A DNA stretch of 40,705 nucleotides from positions 169,848,492 through 169,889,196 of the forward strand of contig NC_068982.1 in the NCBI RefSeq assembly GCF_001194135.2, read 5' to 3'. This DNA is from Octopus bimaculoides (Eukaryota). Shown one piece after another: positions 11,609 through 24,649 of the stretch (positions are counted from its first letter, which is position 1; each line of letters starts with the position of its first letter). The notes below the pieces were generated by a model. It had not been told where the DNA came from, did no database searches, and worked only from the letters and a program-made list of their open reading frames with translations. The translations under genes were made by a program, and so were the position numbers.

Positions 11609-12289
11609 CTTTGGACTCACTTCTTCTTTCTGTCTGTATGTCTGCTTCTCCCTTTTTCTCCCTCTCTTTGACCCTCTCAATATTCATTGGTTCGCCAAGC
11701 AGAGGACATCTTAAGCCGTTTCTGTTTTCCAACTCTGCAACACTGCAACATTTTTATATATTAGGTCTTCCCATCTCCGTGTTTCTTTCCTTTATATTGA
11801 TGTAGTTTATCTGTCCTGTAAATGTTCTGATCATTCTGTTTTTGATTGATCTTCGTCTCCCAAAATCTTTGATGAAACTGGAATCACCCCGCAAAATTAA
11901 CCCCCGAAAATATCTACCGAAACATTAACTTCATTTCTTAAACTAAACTAACTTTTCTCGTATGTGAACTTGCCTAATAGCTTCATATAATGATAGCCAA
12001 AATAAATGTTGGCTGTTTGATTCTGCAGTCACGCCTTACATCGTATAGACAGAGAATGAGAGAAAGTAAAAAAGAGACACAGAGTTAACATAAGAGGAGG
12101 AGGAACAGGTTGAGCGCACATACTAGACCGGTGACATTGAACGAGTAAAGTAATGCTACACACATATACGGATAGAATCACAGAGATAAAAGAGAAGAAG
12201 ACAGAGAAAATGAGAGAGTGGTTCCAGGAGAAGTTATACAAATGGGAAATTCGTTTTATCTCATTTTATTACTTTTGAAAATTAGTATT

Positions 12290-12545
12290 CATTTCATCCT
12301 TTTGTATAAGTACCAAGAAATTTAATAAGTATTAAAATATAATTGGCTTCAATTGTTTGGCACAGCACTAGCAATTTTGAGGAAAGGAGTTAGTCGGTTA
12401 TATCGACCTCCATTGCTTAAGTGGTACTTATTTTATCGACCCTCAAAAGATAAAAGTAAAGCCGACCGTAGCTGTGTTTGAACTTACAACATAACGAGAG
12501 ATGAAATGCTTCTTCGCACTTCACGCATGCATCAACGTTTCTGCC
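12290..12545 (-). mobile_element. Degenerate family A SINE
   Basis: gtggtacttattttatcgaccctcaaaagataaaagtaaagccgacc...aacgtttctgccag matches the reverse complement of family A. Confidence 0.65.
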
Positions 12546-12869
12546 AGATAGACATTGTTATGCAACCGCTAACATTCTAGTATTTATAACGATATCCCCT
12601 TTTTTCGCTCTCGTTTTATATTATTTAAAGGAAAGATATATGTTAAAAGACAAAATTCCAGGAGGAAAAACATATTTCTAATAAAAGCACGAAGCTACAG
12701 CTTCAAGGTGAGATCTCATTTGATCAAAAACAGAACTTGAGGTACATTTTTTATCGAACACATAAAGAAGAAAAATTGTTTCTGTCATAGATACACGGTG
12801 GCACATGCTAAGGGATTATACAGTTTTATTGATAGGCGACACTGCTTGATTGGTGTTTATCTTAATATC

Positions 12870-13050
12870 TTTTATCTTTTGCTTGCTTCAGTCATTAGAT
12901 TGCGGCCATGCTAGGGCAGCGTACTTTTTTTAAGCGTGGTACTTATTCTAGCGTCTTCTTTTGCCGAACCGCTAATTTACGGTGACGTAATCCCACCAAC
13001 ATCGATTATCAAGCAGTGGTGACAGACAAACACATTGATATATATATATA
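12870..13050 (-). mobile_element. SINE family B body and tail
   Basis: cttttgcttgcttcagtcattagattgcggccatgct and tttgccgaaccgctaa are reverse-complementary to 13310-13520. Confidence 0.8.
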
Positions 13051-13140
13051 TATATCNNNNNNNNNNNNNNNNNNNNNNNNNNNNNNNNNNNNNNNNNNNN
13101 NNNNNNNNNNNNNNNNNNNNNNNNNNNNNNNNNNNNNNNN

Positions 13141-13520
13141 GTGGTAAGTAGCTTGCTTACCAACCACATGGTTCCGGGTTCAGTCCCACTGCGTGTCACA
13201 TTGGGCAAGTGTCTTCTACTATAGCCTCGGGCCGACCAAAGCCTTGTGAGTGGATTTGGTAGACGGAAACAGAAATAAGCCCGTCGTATATATATATATA
13301 AATATGTTTGTGTGTCTGTGATTGTCCCCCCACCAAACATCGCTTGACAACCGATGCTGGTGTGTTTACGTCCCCGCCACCTAGCGGTTCGACATCAGAG
13401 ACCGATAGAATAAGTACTAGGCTTACAAAGAATAAGTCGTGGGGTTGATTTGCTCGACTAAAGGCGGTGCTCCAACATGGCCACAGTCAAATGACTGAAA
13501 CAAGTAAAAGTGTAAAAGAG
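13141..13520 (+). mobile_element. SINE family B (CORE-like), nearly full length
   Basis: gtggtaagtagcttgcttaccaaccacatggttccgggttcagtcccactgcg (tRNA-like), ttgggcaagtgtcttctactatagcc, internal (TA)/(TG) spacer, tail ggcggtgctccaacatggccacagtcaaatgactgaaacaagtaaaag. Confidence 0.9.
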
Positions 13521-13544
13521 TATACGATCCGTTTCCGCTTTCCC

Positions 13545-13624
13545 AAAGTGCCACACAGCAGAACTGAACCCAGAACCACGGTTTGGAAGCAATCTTCTTA
13601 CCACAGAATCACATGTTTGCCTAT
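13545..13624 (-). mobile_element. SINE family B head fragment
   Basis: Reverse complement reads tgtggtaagaagattgcttccaaaccgtggttctgggttcagttctgctgtgtggcactttggg. Confidence 0.75.
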
Positions 13625-14492
13625 ACTGTGCCTATATGATGATGATTATAAAGCACAGTATATAAATATAGGCAACTTAGCGTTATCAACAACATATTGT
13701 ACATCAGTAAGAAAACCGTCTGTATGTTAACCATATGTCGACACATGTCGTCAAAATGGCTGCAGCATGAAGTACAATTAAAGCTAATTCTTAGCTAATG
13801 TTGATAATGTAAAACAATGAGAATAATTTAACATACAATACACTTTTCCGCCTCAGTCAAATTATCTAGAGGAATTCTGTAATTATAATTCAGGAAGGAA
13901 ATAATGTGACAAAACAAAATAAAATAAAAAAACAAACGAAAAAAAGCAGTCCAACATGCAAAACAAATATAGATGATGTACAGAGAAATTTCATAACGCA
14001 ATGAAAACATACGTCCACACTAACGATGAAAGAAAACAGCAATAAACACCAGTTAAGTTGTTATGCAAAGTTAAAAATACGAACATGAAATTAAAATTCA
14101 ATATGAGTGTGCGTGTATGTATACATGTCCATATACATATATACATACATACATCAACATATACCTACATATACATATCTATGCACACATACATATATGC
14201 ATATGTTAATATAATATGGGTGTGTAAATATACATGTGTGTGTATGTGCACGCGCGTGTGTATGCATGTGTGTGTGTATGTATGCATAACGTAGTGTGAA
14301 TGAGAAGAAGCGAAATAAATGATAAATGTGAAATGGTGGAAGTCTTTAACTGTGAGTGGAATTAATGAGAATGTAAACAATCTAGAGCCAGACATTCTAC
14401 GTGTCGAAAAACGTGGTTAAAATTCGGAGTACGTCTCCTCTGAATTATGTTAAACAAGCTAAGAAGCGGGTATACAGGTGTCTCCTTCCCTC

Positions 14493-14614
<122 letters not shown>

Positions 14615-14899
14615 GTTCGTTTTTTTTATATATTTTAAATTAATATATATTATAACCTCGCTGAGAAAAGTAAAGAACTTTGTAATACTACACGTGACTA
14701 GTTTCTTGTCCTCTTGTCCTTTCGCCAGAGAAAAAACATTAACTCTCTATCGCTAAAAACAGAAACAACGTCATATTGTATCCTTTTGCTGTCGACAAAG
14801 ATAAATTGATACCATTTGAGATGTAAATATCACAGAAACTACATAGTCAAAGCAATTGAAACTAAACAGGCTTAATGTTGAGCAACAAAAGATTTATTC

Positions 14900-15655
14900 C
14901 TCCAAATTTGAATGAGAAATTCAAAAGTATGTTAATTCCATGAACGATTTTACAAATGTTCAATATGCCTGAGACAGAACACACGTCAAGTCAGTAGTCC
15001 ACCTCCTCCCAAACATGCTGCAGTATGTCTTGGGTAACGGTCTCCAGTGCGGTAGTGATTCTCTGCTCGAGTTCCTCTAGGTTTGCAGGAAGAGTGGGGA
15101 CATAGACCAGGCCCTTCACATAGCCCCATGTTTGCGCTTTCGCTCGTCATCTGCTGTTATGACCTAAACAAGCTGCTGCTTGTAGGGTTTCATTAGCAAG
15201 CGTTTTCTCAGGACGCGCCAAACTGTCGTTGGAGGAATCTGTGTTCCCAGACTTGTTTTTCTCATGGACTGTTAGGGGCTTCGCAAGAGTTTTTGGCGAA
15301 ACGGCGCGACCATCTCTTCCGATGTTAGTGGTCGTCCAGATCCTTTTGCCCTGCACAGACAGCCTTCTATGAATTTTTTGTGCCATGTACAAATCTGCAT
15401 TGCCGTTGGTATCTTTTTAGGGAACTCTCTCACAAATGCACACTGCAGTCTTGTTCGACTGTTTTCGAACATACTCCAACACGCTAAACGCCCAGTGAAT
15501 GCTATTTTTATACTTGAAAAGATAGACATATCAAACATTAAACATAAAATGTTGACTTGTTTCTACACATGCTGTTAAATTTGAAGTCGTTTGAACAAAA
15601 ACTGGCAAAGTTATTAGATTGCAAAATAATATCAAGTTTTTTGAAACACCCTGTA
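14900..15655 (-). mobile_element. Tc1/mariner-superfamily element, internally deleted (catalytic domain missing), one TIR visible
   Basis: TA + CAGGGTGTTTCAAAAAAC end at 15655-15636; N-terminal HTH region WHKKF..GSGRPLTSEE..LRSP..VWRVLRKRLLMKPYK joined to C-terminal WGYVKGLVYV..LEQRITTALETVTQD. Confidence 0.85.
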
Positions 15656-15840
15656 CTTTGTTTATGTCTTACAGACGTGACTGTGTGTTAAAAAGCTTGA
15701 TTCTCAACCATAGTGTTCCAGATTCAGTAGATATCTAGACTTAGAATTCTTAATTTTACTGGTTTCCGTTATTCTTTGCCGGCTATGAAAATGCCCAACT
15801 CTTAAAAACTATTCTATATTTCTAAGATGAGAAGTTTATG

Positions 15841-15940
15841 TTATGTATACTGTTATTTTAGACGGGCTGGTGTCCTCATCTTAATTGCTGCTTTCGGTAC
15901 GTTTCCGTTGTTGTTCGCTCCATCCTTCTTCAGATGCTTA
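15841..15940 (-). mobile_element. Penelope-like pLTR remnant with degenerate hammerhead core
   Basis: Reverse complement: ctgaaga aggatggagcgaacaacaacg gaaa cg ta ...aagatgaggacacc...aacagtatacat; homologous to 16199-16290. Confidence 0.6.
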
Positions 15941-16094
15941 ATCGATAAAGACGTAGGTTAATGCAGTACAATTACCTAGAGGTTCTGAGTTCAATTCCAG
16001 GCAAGGCACTAAGGTAAATCCTCAAAATCAACTGAAGCAAAAAACAAAAAAAAACAACATAAATAAATTAAAAAAATAAATAAAAAAAATAAAA

Positions 16095-16290
16095 GTTATG
16101 AAACCCATAGAGTGGAATGAGAACAGTGTACCTCCCTGGATCACTTAAAGGCTTACGTTCAAAGTTCTGGTATAACAATTGAGTTCAACACAAAACACCT
16201 GAAGAAAGCTGGAGAATACAACAGCTGAAACACAGCGAAAGTAACAATCAAGCTGAGGACACTAGTCAGATTAATATAAACAGTATACAT
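16095..16290 (+). mobile_element. Penelope-like pLTR remnant with hammerhead core
   Basis: aacac CTGAAGA (16199-16205), stem II agctg/cagct, GAAA (16227-16230), then aag.tgaggacact...aacagtatacat. Confidence 0.6.
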
Positions 16291-17046
16291 GACCCTTCAA
16301 TGAGGAAATTCGATTACATTGACCCCAATATTTTACGGGTGCCTATATTATCGACCTTAATGTGGATAAGAACCAAATCAATTTGGTTGGGATTTGAAAT
16401 TCGTATGTAGACGGTCGTGACTAAATACCACAAAGTAGTGACGCATTAACGATTATATGAATTCAGTGCCATAAGAAAAAAAAAATGATGTGGCATATAA
16501 CAAGTATCATTTCGTTGCCAAGTGATTCTATTATCGATTATAGTACAGCGTGTCGATATGAATAGAATAATTATACGAATATAATGTTTGAATATATATG
16601 AATATAATGAGATGAATATAATTATTTTATTGCGTCAGTAGCAACGCAGCTATTCAGCCAGGAAAGTTTTATGTGGTGCTCGACTTCGTAGAAAAAGCGG
16701 CCAAATGTTACTCAATTAGGACACTTTTAAAATGAAGTGCACATTGGCTAATGCAGTTTTTGATACGCAGCACGAGTGAAAATTGATATAAAACCCAGTC
16801 AATCATAGCTGGAATAAATTTGAGCACAAGTGCTCGTCGTCGTCATCATCATCATCATCATCATCATCATCGTCATCGTCATCGCTATTACCACCACCAC
16901 CTCAGTACACCGGCATCAAGAGTGATGATCCTGTTCAACACCTTTGCTTGTCAAATGTTACTCTACCTACCCTACGTACTATCATACGCACCGCTGCCGA
17001 AAGCCCACAAACTAGTGTTTGCAAGCTTTTGATACTATTAAAACTA

Positions 17047-17480
17047 TAATCTTTTCTACTCTTGGCACAAGGCCCAACATTTTGGGGGAGGGGGCCAGTC
17101 GATTACATCGACCCCAGTATGTAACTGGTACTTAATTTATCAACCCCGAAACGATGAATGGCAAAGTCGACCTCGGCGGAATTTGAGCTCAGAACGTAAT
17201 GGCAGACGAAATACCGCTAAGCATTTCAGCCTGCGTGCTAACGTTTCATATCTCTTTATTGCCCACATGGGGCTAAACATAGAGGGGATAAACAAGGAGA
17301 GAGAAAGGGATTAAGTCGATTACATCGACTCCAGTGCGTAACTGGTACTTAATTTACCGACCCTGAAAGGATGAAAGGCAAAGTCGACCTCGGCGGAATT
17401 TGAACTCAGAACGTAACGGCAGACGAAATACCGCTAAGCCTTTCGCCCGGCGTGCTGACGTGTCTGCCAGCTCGCCGCCC
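17047..17480 (-). mobile_element. Two abutting family A SINEs with different 3' tails (17047-17246; 17247-17480)
   Basis: Both contain gtcgacctcggcggaatttga.ctcagaacgtaa.ggcagacgaaataccgctaagc; the first ends at ctaacgtttc, lacking its last head bases. Confidence 0.9.
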
Positions 17481-18044
17481 TACTTACCTATAATCAACAG
17501 TATCAGTAGAATACATACATACCACCGCTACTATTACCACAACTTAAGCTAATACACCTACTAGTTACTATATCAAACACAGCAACAACACATCCGTAAA
17601 GCAACTACAACTGCAAACGCCTCCGCCTTCTCCACCTCTTTTTAAGCAGTGACTGTAGTAAAAGTGTCACAGCAACTGCCACAAGGAACACAAAAACAGC
17701 AACAATTCAAATCCTACTATTAGTACTACTATTACAAGTAATGCCACCATTACAACAAGAAGTAATGCCACCATTACAACAAACACAAAATGAACAACAA
17801 CAACAACAACAACAGCTGCAGCTAAGCATCGACGGGTCTTCTATGTGATTAGTGTAAGTGCTGGAAATCAAAGCGAAATCCCCATCAAATCATATTCTAC
17901 AGTCTTAAAAAAATAAGTGAAGAATACATGGCATTCTCTCATTTTGTAACTGACGTAACGGTCAACTAGAATTCTCTTGGCACATGTCTGCTTATTTGGG
18001 GTTGACGAGGGGGAAAAACAACAAGAACAAACATACAAAATAAA

Positions 18045-18328
<284 letters not shown>

Positions 18329-19097
18329 CAGAAACATATCAGCTTTGCCGTCCGTACATACCTACCACAACCCCACCTCACTGGTCACACACATACACAT
18401 ACACGCACACACTATAGCCATTAACAAGCAGAGACTTGTGAACCGTACCGTACTTTCATCAAGTCCAGTCACTTACATAATAAATCTTTTCACACAAAGA
18501 CGACAACACTGGCCAAAGTTCTCCCTTGACCACCATTGCTATTCATATTGTTTGTTGGGCAAGCGTCTTGTTTTTAATTGACATTTTTTTTCTGATAGTC
18601 TCTTTTGAATTTCTTCGACAATGTCGTTCGGACTTTGTTGATGGCAAGTTGGAACGAAGCCAACAACGGTTGAGCTTTTAATGGAATTTCACCGAACATG
18701 GTAAGGGTCAGAGAAAGAAATGGAAATGGTAATTGCTAGCCGGAATCGTTATTTCAAGTGATTTACTTTTCCGATTGAAGTTGATCAAAAGAAAGCGCAA
18801 AACGAAAACCAAAACCAAAAGAGTATTCACTTCATGTGTATGTATGCATACATGTATGTATGTATGTATGTATGTATGCATGCATGCATGTATGTGTGTT
18901 TGTGTGCGCGTGCGTGCGTCCGTGTGTGTATGCGTGTATGCATATATGTGCGTATGAATATTCATGTATGTAAGTATACGTGTGTATAAATGTGTGCATG
19001 CATACACACACACACATGTATATATGCTGTCAAAATAAACGCTCATATATATACATATACATACATACATGCATACATACATATATATATATATACA

Positions 19098-19143
<46 letters not shown>

Positions 19144-19942
19144 NNNNNNNNNNNNNNNNNNNNNNNNNNNNNNNNNNNNNNNNNNNNNNNNNNNNNNNNN
19201 NNNNNNNNNNNNNNNNNNNNNNNNNNNNNNNNNNNNNNNNNNNNNNNTGTATATATACGCACACACACATGTATGTACATATAAATGTTTCCACACACAG
19301 AGACACACTCATTCATATGAAGTGTAAGTTAGAGATGAAGCCCTTAAACCTACTCTTTTTAAATAACGACCGGATTAATTGGAAAGAAAAAGTGTTTGGG
19401 GAAGAAATGTAAAACCATTGACGTGTAGAGCACTATACAGCAATGCTTTATTTACAAAACCTGAAAGTAAAAGAAAAAAGAAATATACGCACACTTAAAA
19501 AAAAAAAACAAGTTAGTGGGAAGTAGATTGAAACCCCTAAATAAGCAATCAAATATATAAATAAATAAACGGAAAGTTAATAAAAAAAAGGGGTTGTAGA
19601 GGAACGAGAAGGCGGAGTAAAAGAAATATATGCATAAGGGACAACGTGTCGTTGATGGAGGAGGAAAATGTGAAGAAGAGGAAGAGGCTGGTATTACAAG
19701 ATTTGTTAGAATGTTGTATAAGAAGAGAGATGAAAAGAAGTACATCTCTCTTCTGGTGTCTATCTCAAACTCTCTCATGTTTATTTACTCTCTCTCTGTC
19801 TCTCTCTCTCTCCCTCACTTATGTTTATTTCCTCTTTATCTCACTCCCTCGTTCTCTTTCCACTCTAGTCCATCGCATATGTATGCGCATAAAGGGATAC
19901 ATACATGCGTATATGCTTGTGTACACACACACACACACACAC

Positions 19943-19977
<35 letters not shown>

Positions 19978-20829
19978 NNNNNNNNNNNNNNNNNNNNNNN
20001 NNNNNNNNNNNNNNNNNNNNNNNNNNNNNNNNNNNNNNNNNNNNNNNNNNNNNNNNNNNNNNNNNNNNNNNNNNNNNNNNNNNNNNNNNNNNNNNNNNNN
20101 NNNNNNNNNNNNNNNNNNNNNNNNNNNNNNNNNNNNNNNNNNNNNNNNNNNNNNNNNNNNNNNNNNNNNNNNNNNNNNNNNNNNNNNNNNNNNNNNNNNN
20201 NNNNNNNNNNNNNNNNNNNNNNNNNNNNNNNNNNNNNNNNNNNNNNNNNNNNNNNNNNNNNNNNNNNNNNNNNNNNNNNNNNNNNNNNNNNNNNNNNNNN
20301 NNNNNNNNNNNNNNNNNNNNNNNNNNNNNNNNNNNNNNNNNNNNNNNNNNNNNNNNNNNNNNNNNNNNNNNNNNNNNNNNNNNNNNNNNNNNNNNNNNNN
20401 NNNNNNNNNNNNNNNNNNNNNNNNNNNNNNNNNNNNNNNNNNNNNNNNNNNNNNNNNNNNNNNNNNNNNNNNNNNNNNNNNNNNNNNNNNNNNNNNNNNN
20501 NNNNNNNNNNNNNNNNNNNNNNNNNNNNNNNNNNNNNNNNNNNNNNNNTCCTGTACCAGCTTGCTATAAACTTATTTTTATGTTCTTTTGCTGTAGCAGA
20601 ATTTTAACGCTGACGTTTTTCTTTTTCATTGATGTTCAACTGTTATTTTTGTCATTGTTGATCGATTTAAGTCACTGAAGCATTACCTCTGATCCCGGGA
20701 AAACAGACTCGATATTTCTTGCAGGTAAAGAAAACGAAATATCAGGACATATTCGACGACGTCCTTGTCGAGGGATAGCTTGTGCCCTCATTCCCTATTG
20801 AAGTCGCCTGCTGCTGTTTTCCAGCTATA

Positions 20830-21050
20830 TTCCTCCCCTCTCCATGCCACCGATGTTATCCAAGGGAAAGGCAAAGGCCGATACAACTTGGTACCAGTGA
20901 CATCCACGTCGCAGCTCATTTCTACAGTTGAGTGAACTGGAGCAACGTGAAATAAAGTGTCTTGCTCAAGAACACAACACACAACCCGGTCCCGGAATGC
21001 ACTCACTACCACGTGATTGTGAGCCCGACACTCCAACCAGTGCGCCGCGC
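20830..21050 (-). mobile_element. tRNA-derived SINE, family C
   Basis: Reverse complement: gcgcactggttggagtgtcgggctcacaatcacgtggtagtgagtgcattccgggaccggg (tRNA-like), then tgtgttcttgagcaagacactttatttcacgttgctccagttcactca.ctgtagaaatgag. Confidence 0.8.
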
Positions 21051-21095
21051 ACGCACGCGCGCGCACACACACACACGTGGGTATATATATATATA

Positions 21096-21146
<51 letters not shown>

Positions 21147-21154
21147 TCTCTCTC

Positions 21155-21440
21155 TCAGCTGGCTCCGGCTGACAGTACCCGGTACGGGCCCGTATCGAGG
21201 GTTACGGAAAGGAGACAACCTTCAAAGAAATCCGGAGTAGAGCTCCGTAGGCGGTTTAGTGTTCGACTCGACACTCTTCCGGCAGCTCCTGCAACCAAGC
21301 TGGTGCCAAACGTAATGCTCTGCACTCCTTTGGACTACGTCAGCAAAGTCAAGAGAGGAATCCTGACGATTGGGCTACCCAGTATTTTCTTACATCTAGC
21401 CCAGGCCTGCGCAAAACTGGAGAGGAAACTGGAGAGGACA
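21155..21440 (+). mobile_element. Probable 5' UTR of an RTE-clade LINE
   Basis: GC-rich block with aagaaatccggag and ctcctgca.ccaagctggtgccaaa.gta, motifs I recall from RTE 5' UTRs (recall, not alignment); no ORF follows. Confidence 0.5.
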
Positions 21441-23669
21441 TGAAATGAAATGTAAAAACCAGACTGGATTAGTTTATGCGCAACCCCATTGTCTCGCGAG
21501 ACAAAAGGATGCCAACAACAAAAATTGTGTATATATGTCTCTCGGTGTATCTTTATGTGTTCTCGCACTCACAAGTAGGGATTTCTTTAACAAATGAAAT
21601 TTATTTGGAGATGAGGAATATGCAGAGTTTAAATTCCGTATGCATTCCGTATGAATGCTGTATGTATCGGATGTTTTAATATAGGAAACAGGGACGAATG
21701 TGGAAAATAGATTTATATTACGAAACAAATACAAATAAACGAAGTTATTAAAAAACACCATATATTGAATCTCGCTGTTGATTCAGGACCACCGTCGTCC
21801 ATTCTGCAGTTTCTAAAGAAAACCCAAATGAACGGCTTTATTGATATTTAACAATTGTTTACGTTGTCATAAATAACCTTCGTTTAATATCATGGTCTAT
21901 TCGGAGGGAAGAGGTGAACGAAGTTCACTGACTTTTAGCGTAATGAAAGGGCCAGTTGGTCTCATATTTATTTATCAGTTTCCAAATGGAACTTAATGGC
22001 TCTGTTGTTGAAAAATTCCCATCGCAATGACATACATTCGAGTTCTTGCTCACTGTGTGGTACATAGTATGATTTTGGCAATAATCTCAGGTCCACTAAT
22101 GCAATATGAGTAAAACTGTAGAAGCTGTTCAAAATGATCATTCCTCTTCTTTGGTAGTAGATGTAATCAATCATCCGACTTAACATCAACGCATGGATCT
22201 TGGGTGCATTTAGCGGGGTATACTCTATTGTAAGCATTCAGGATACGTTTCATATATTAGGAAAACTTTGTCTTTTCCTTCTAACAATTTCATCGGGTCT
22301 GAAAAGGGGGTCTTTGGCGGGGAGAAAGACTGCAGGTCTTCTTCTACGAAGCAATGAAATTATTGATGCTTTACAATAACTTCTTTTATTTGTATTTGTT
22401 TTGCTATATAATATCTCTATTTTCCACATTCAGTTCTGTTTCCTATATTAAAACATCCGATACATACGGAATCTTTCATCATCTCTGCATTCATAGAAGA
22501 AAATTTAGAATGGTGGCGTCAATTGAAAATTGAAAGCTTAAAATCTTCCTTTTATTCAAAATGTTTTATTTCCTAACAGCATGTACACATCGACTATAAT
22601 TATATGTAGCAATTGACCGAAAACTGGTCAAATATTGCAGCATGGAGAATAGGGTGCGGGGTGGGGATGGATGTTCAACTAATAAGTACTTGGAGAATGG
22701 GGGGAATATTCAAATAATAAGTACAGAGTTCTGAAGCTATCACAAAAACAAAAACAAGAACAAAAAGATACTGCAGCAATAAATAGCTGTTAAAAAGAAA
22801 CAGCTTAGCGGCATAGGATTATATTATATTGATCCAAACTTACATATAACATTTGCTATCTGTTGACTGTTGATTTCGTAAAATAGGAAGGAGCCAACTA
22901 TTATATTTAAAAAAACAAAACAAAGCAAAAAAAAAACATGGAAATAAAACGAAATAAGATGAAATAAAAGCTTTATCTCACCCAGTTCAGTTCAATTCAA
23001 TTCGACAACACAAAGTTAAACGATAACATTCAAGTGATTATAAGAGAAAGAAAGAAAAGATATAAATACGAACGGTTAAATTGTTTGAAACCTCTCAGCT
23101 TGCACTTTGGTTATTATTCTCTATTCTGTTGCCAGTGACTAAACAATTATCAAAGACATTAACATTTGCACTCAAACTTAACGTTGTTAAAATGTGGTTC
23201 TCTAGTCTTGATGACATCATATTTCGATTGGCTAAAGTGATCGCTATAAGGGTTGCTTGGTTCAATAACCACTATCGATTGCTCAATGTTTATATGTTAA
23301 AAATTCCTTTCATCTTTTAGTTTGTCGCTTGGGACTTGCGAACATTCTCTGTTCATTAGTTTGACTCTTTTATATCGAGTCTGCAAAGCTTTAGGTCTTT
23401 CGGTTCGTTGCTTCAAGTGCTATTTCGAATAACCGTTCTTTCTGCTGAATAGTTTTCTTTTACTTCACCAAATTTTCCTTGCCCTTTCTTTAATGCAGTG
23501 TCAGTAGACATATTACCTGTTTGATACACACACATACACGCACTCAAATATACATACGCACGCGCAGAAACTTATAGCCGGTATGCAGATATATCTTCCT
23601 TTCGAAAAATTTATGTTTATATATGTGCACGCACGAACTTAGATACCAGTACATCAATGACCATATCAA

Positions 23670-23730
<61 letters not shown>

Positions 23731-23910
23731 ATGTATATATATGTGTGTGTAGGTGTGTGTGTGCATGTTTGTATATATATATATATATATATCCACACAA
23801 ATATGCTTCGCTCAATGAACCTAAAATCACAATTTCTCTTTCCTAGACTACGCATAAATTCACAAATGTACGTGCATATATACATACTCACACTCACACA
23901 TGTGCGTGTT

Positions 23911-23941
<31 letters not shown>

Positions 23942-24162
23942 ATGTGTGCGCGTGTGTGTAAATGCCTAATAATTATAATGTAATGAATATGGCCATTAAG
24001 CTGATTTATTAACTTTATTAAATTAAACCATTATCTGTTTTCTTGATGTTCATAGCATCACTTCCATTTTTCAATAACTGAACATTTATGATAGACATTA
24101 ATGCCGCCATTGTTTTAACCTTATTCTCTTTGTCATTATAATCATGTACTTCATCATCCGTA

Positions 24163-24165
<3 letters not shown>

Positions 24166-24241
<76 letters not shown>

Positions 24242-24279
24242 CATTATTATTGTTATTATTATTATCATTATCATTATTA

Positions 24280-24349
<70 letters not shown>

Positions 24350-24350
24350 C
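24166..24350. repeat. (ATT)n microsatellite
   Basis: Seen directly. Confidence 0.95.
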
Positions 24351-24419
24351 ATCGTTATATAAAGGGCGTTGAATGGACACGTCGGTAAATCGTTAGACAA
24401 ATTGTCTTGCCGTATACAA

Positions 24420-24620
24420 ATTGCCTGGCCCTTTATATCCGGAGGCCATATCTTGCCGAGGTCGGTTTCGTCTTTAATCCCGTTACAATCAATAAAGTAC
24501 CAGTTAAGGACTGCCGTAGATTAAATCGACCTCCGATTGAAAGAATCAACAGGGCGTCGGAAAAAAATGCTTCGCGGTATTTGTCCCACCTTTAAACGTT
24601 CTAACTTCAAATCGAACCTA
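24420..24620 (+). mobile_element. Highly degenerate family A SINE
   Basis: gccgaggtcggtttcgtcttt.atcc...aataaagtaccagtta...taaatcgac. Confidence 0.5.
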
Positions 24621-24649
24621 TGTCAAAGATATCTTTCGTCCATTCGAGA

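Noticed and set aside
13141-13200. tRNA-like sequences here and at 3640, 20990-21050 and 33470
   Set aside because: These are SINE heads continuing into SINE bodies, with no complete cloverleaf.
17736-17782. 24-bp-period direct repeat aagtaatgccaccattacaacaa x2
   Set aside because: Simple slippage duplication in low-complexity DNA; only two units and no spacers, so not CRISPR-like.
18599-18700. Plus-strand exon-like segment (ttttctgatAG ... ATG|GTAAGG)
   Set aside because: Stops in all three frames; cannot be supported as coding.
21162-21260. HDV-like ribozyme call
   Set aside because: A P1-like helix is present, but there is no P3/L3 (UCCUCGC-type) element and no GG for P1.1.
23050-23520. 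Protein-looking minus-strand text (e.g. IVVIEPSNPYSDHFSQSKYDVIKTREPHF)
   Set aside because: Multiple stops, no recognisable family, weak splice signals.
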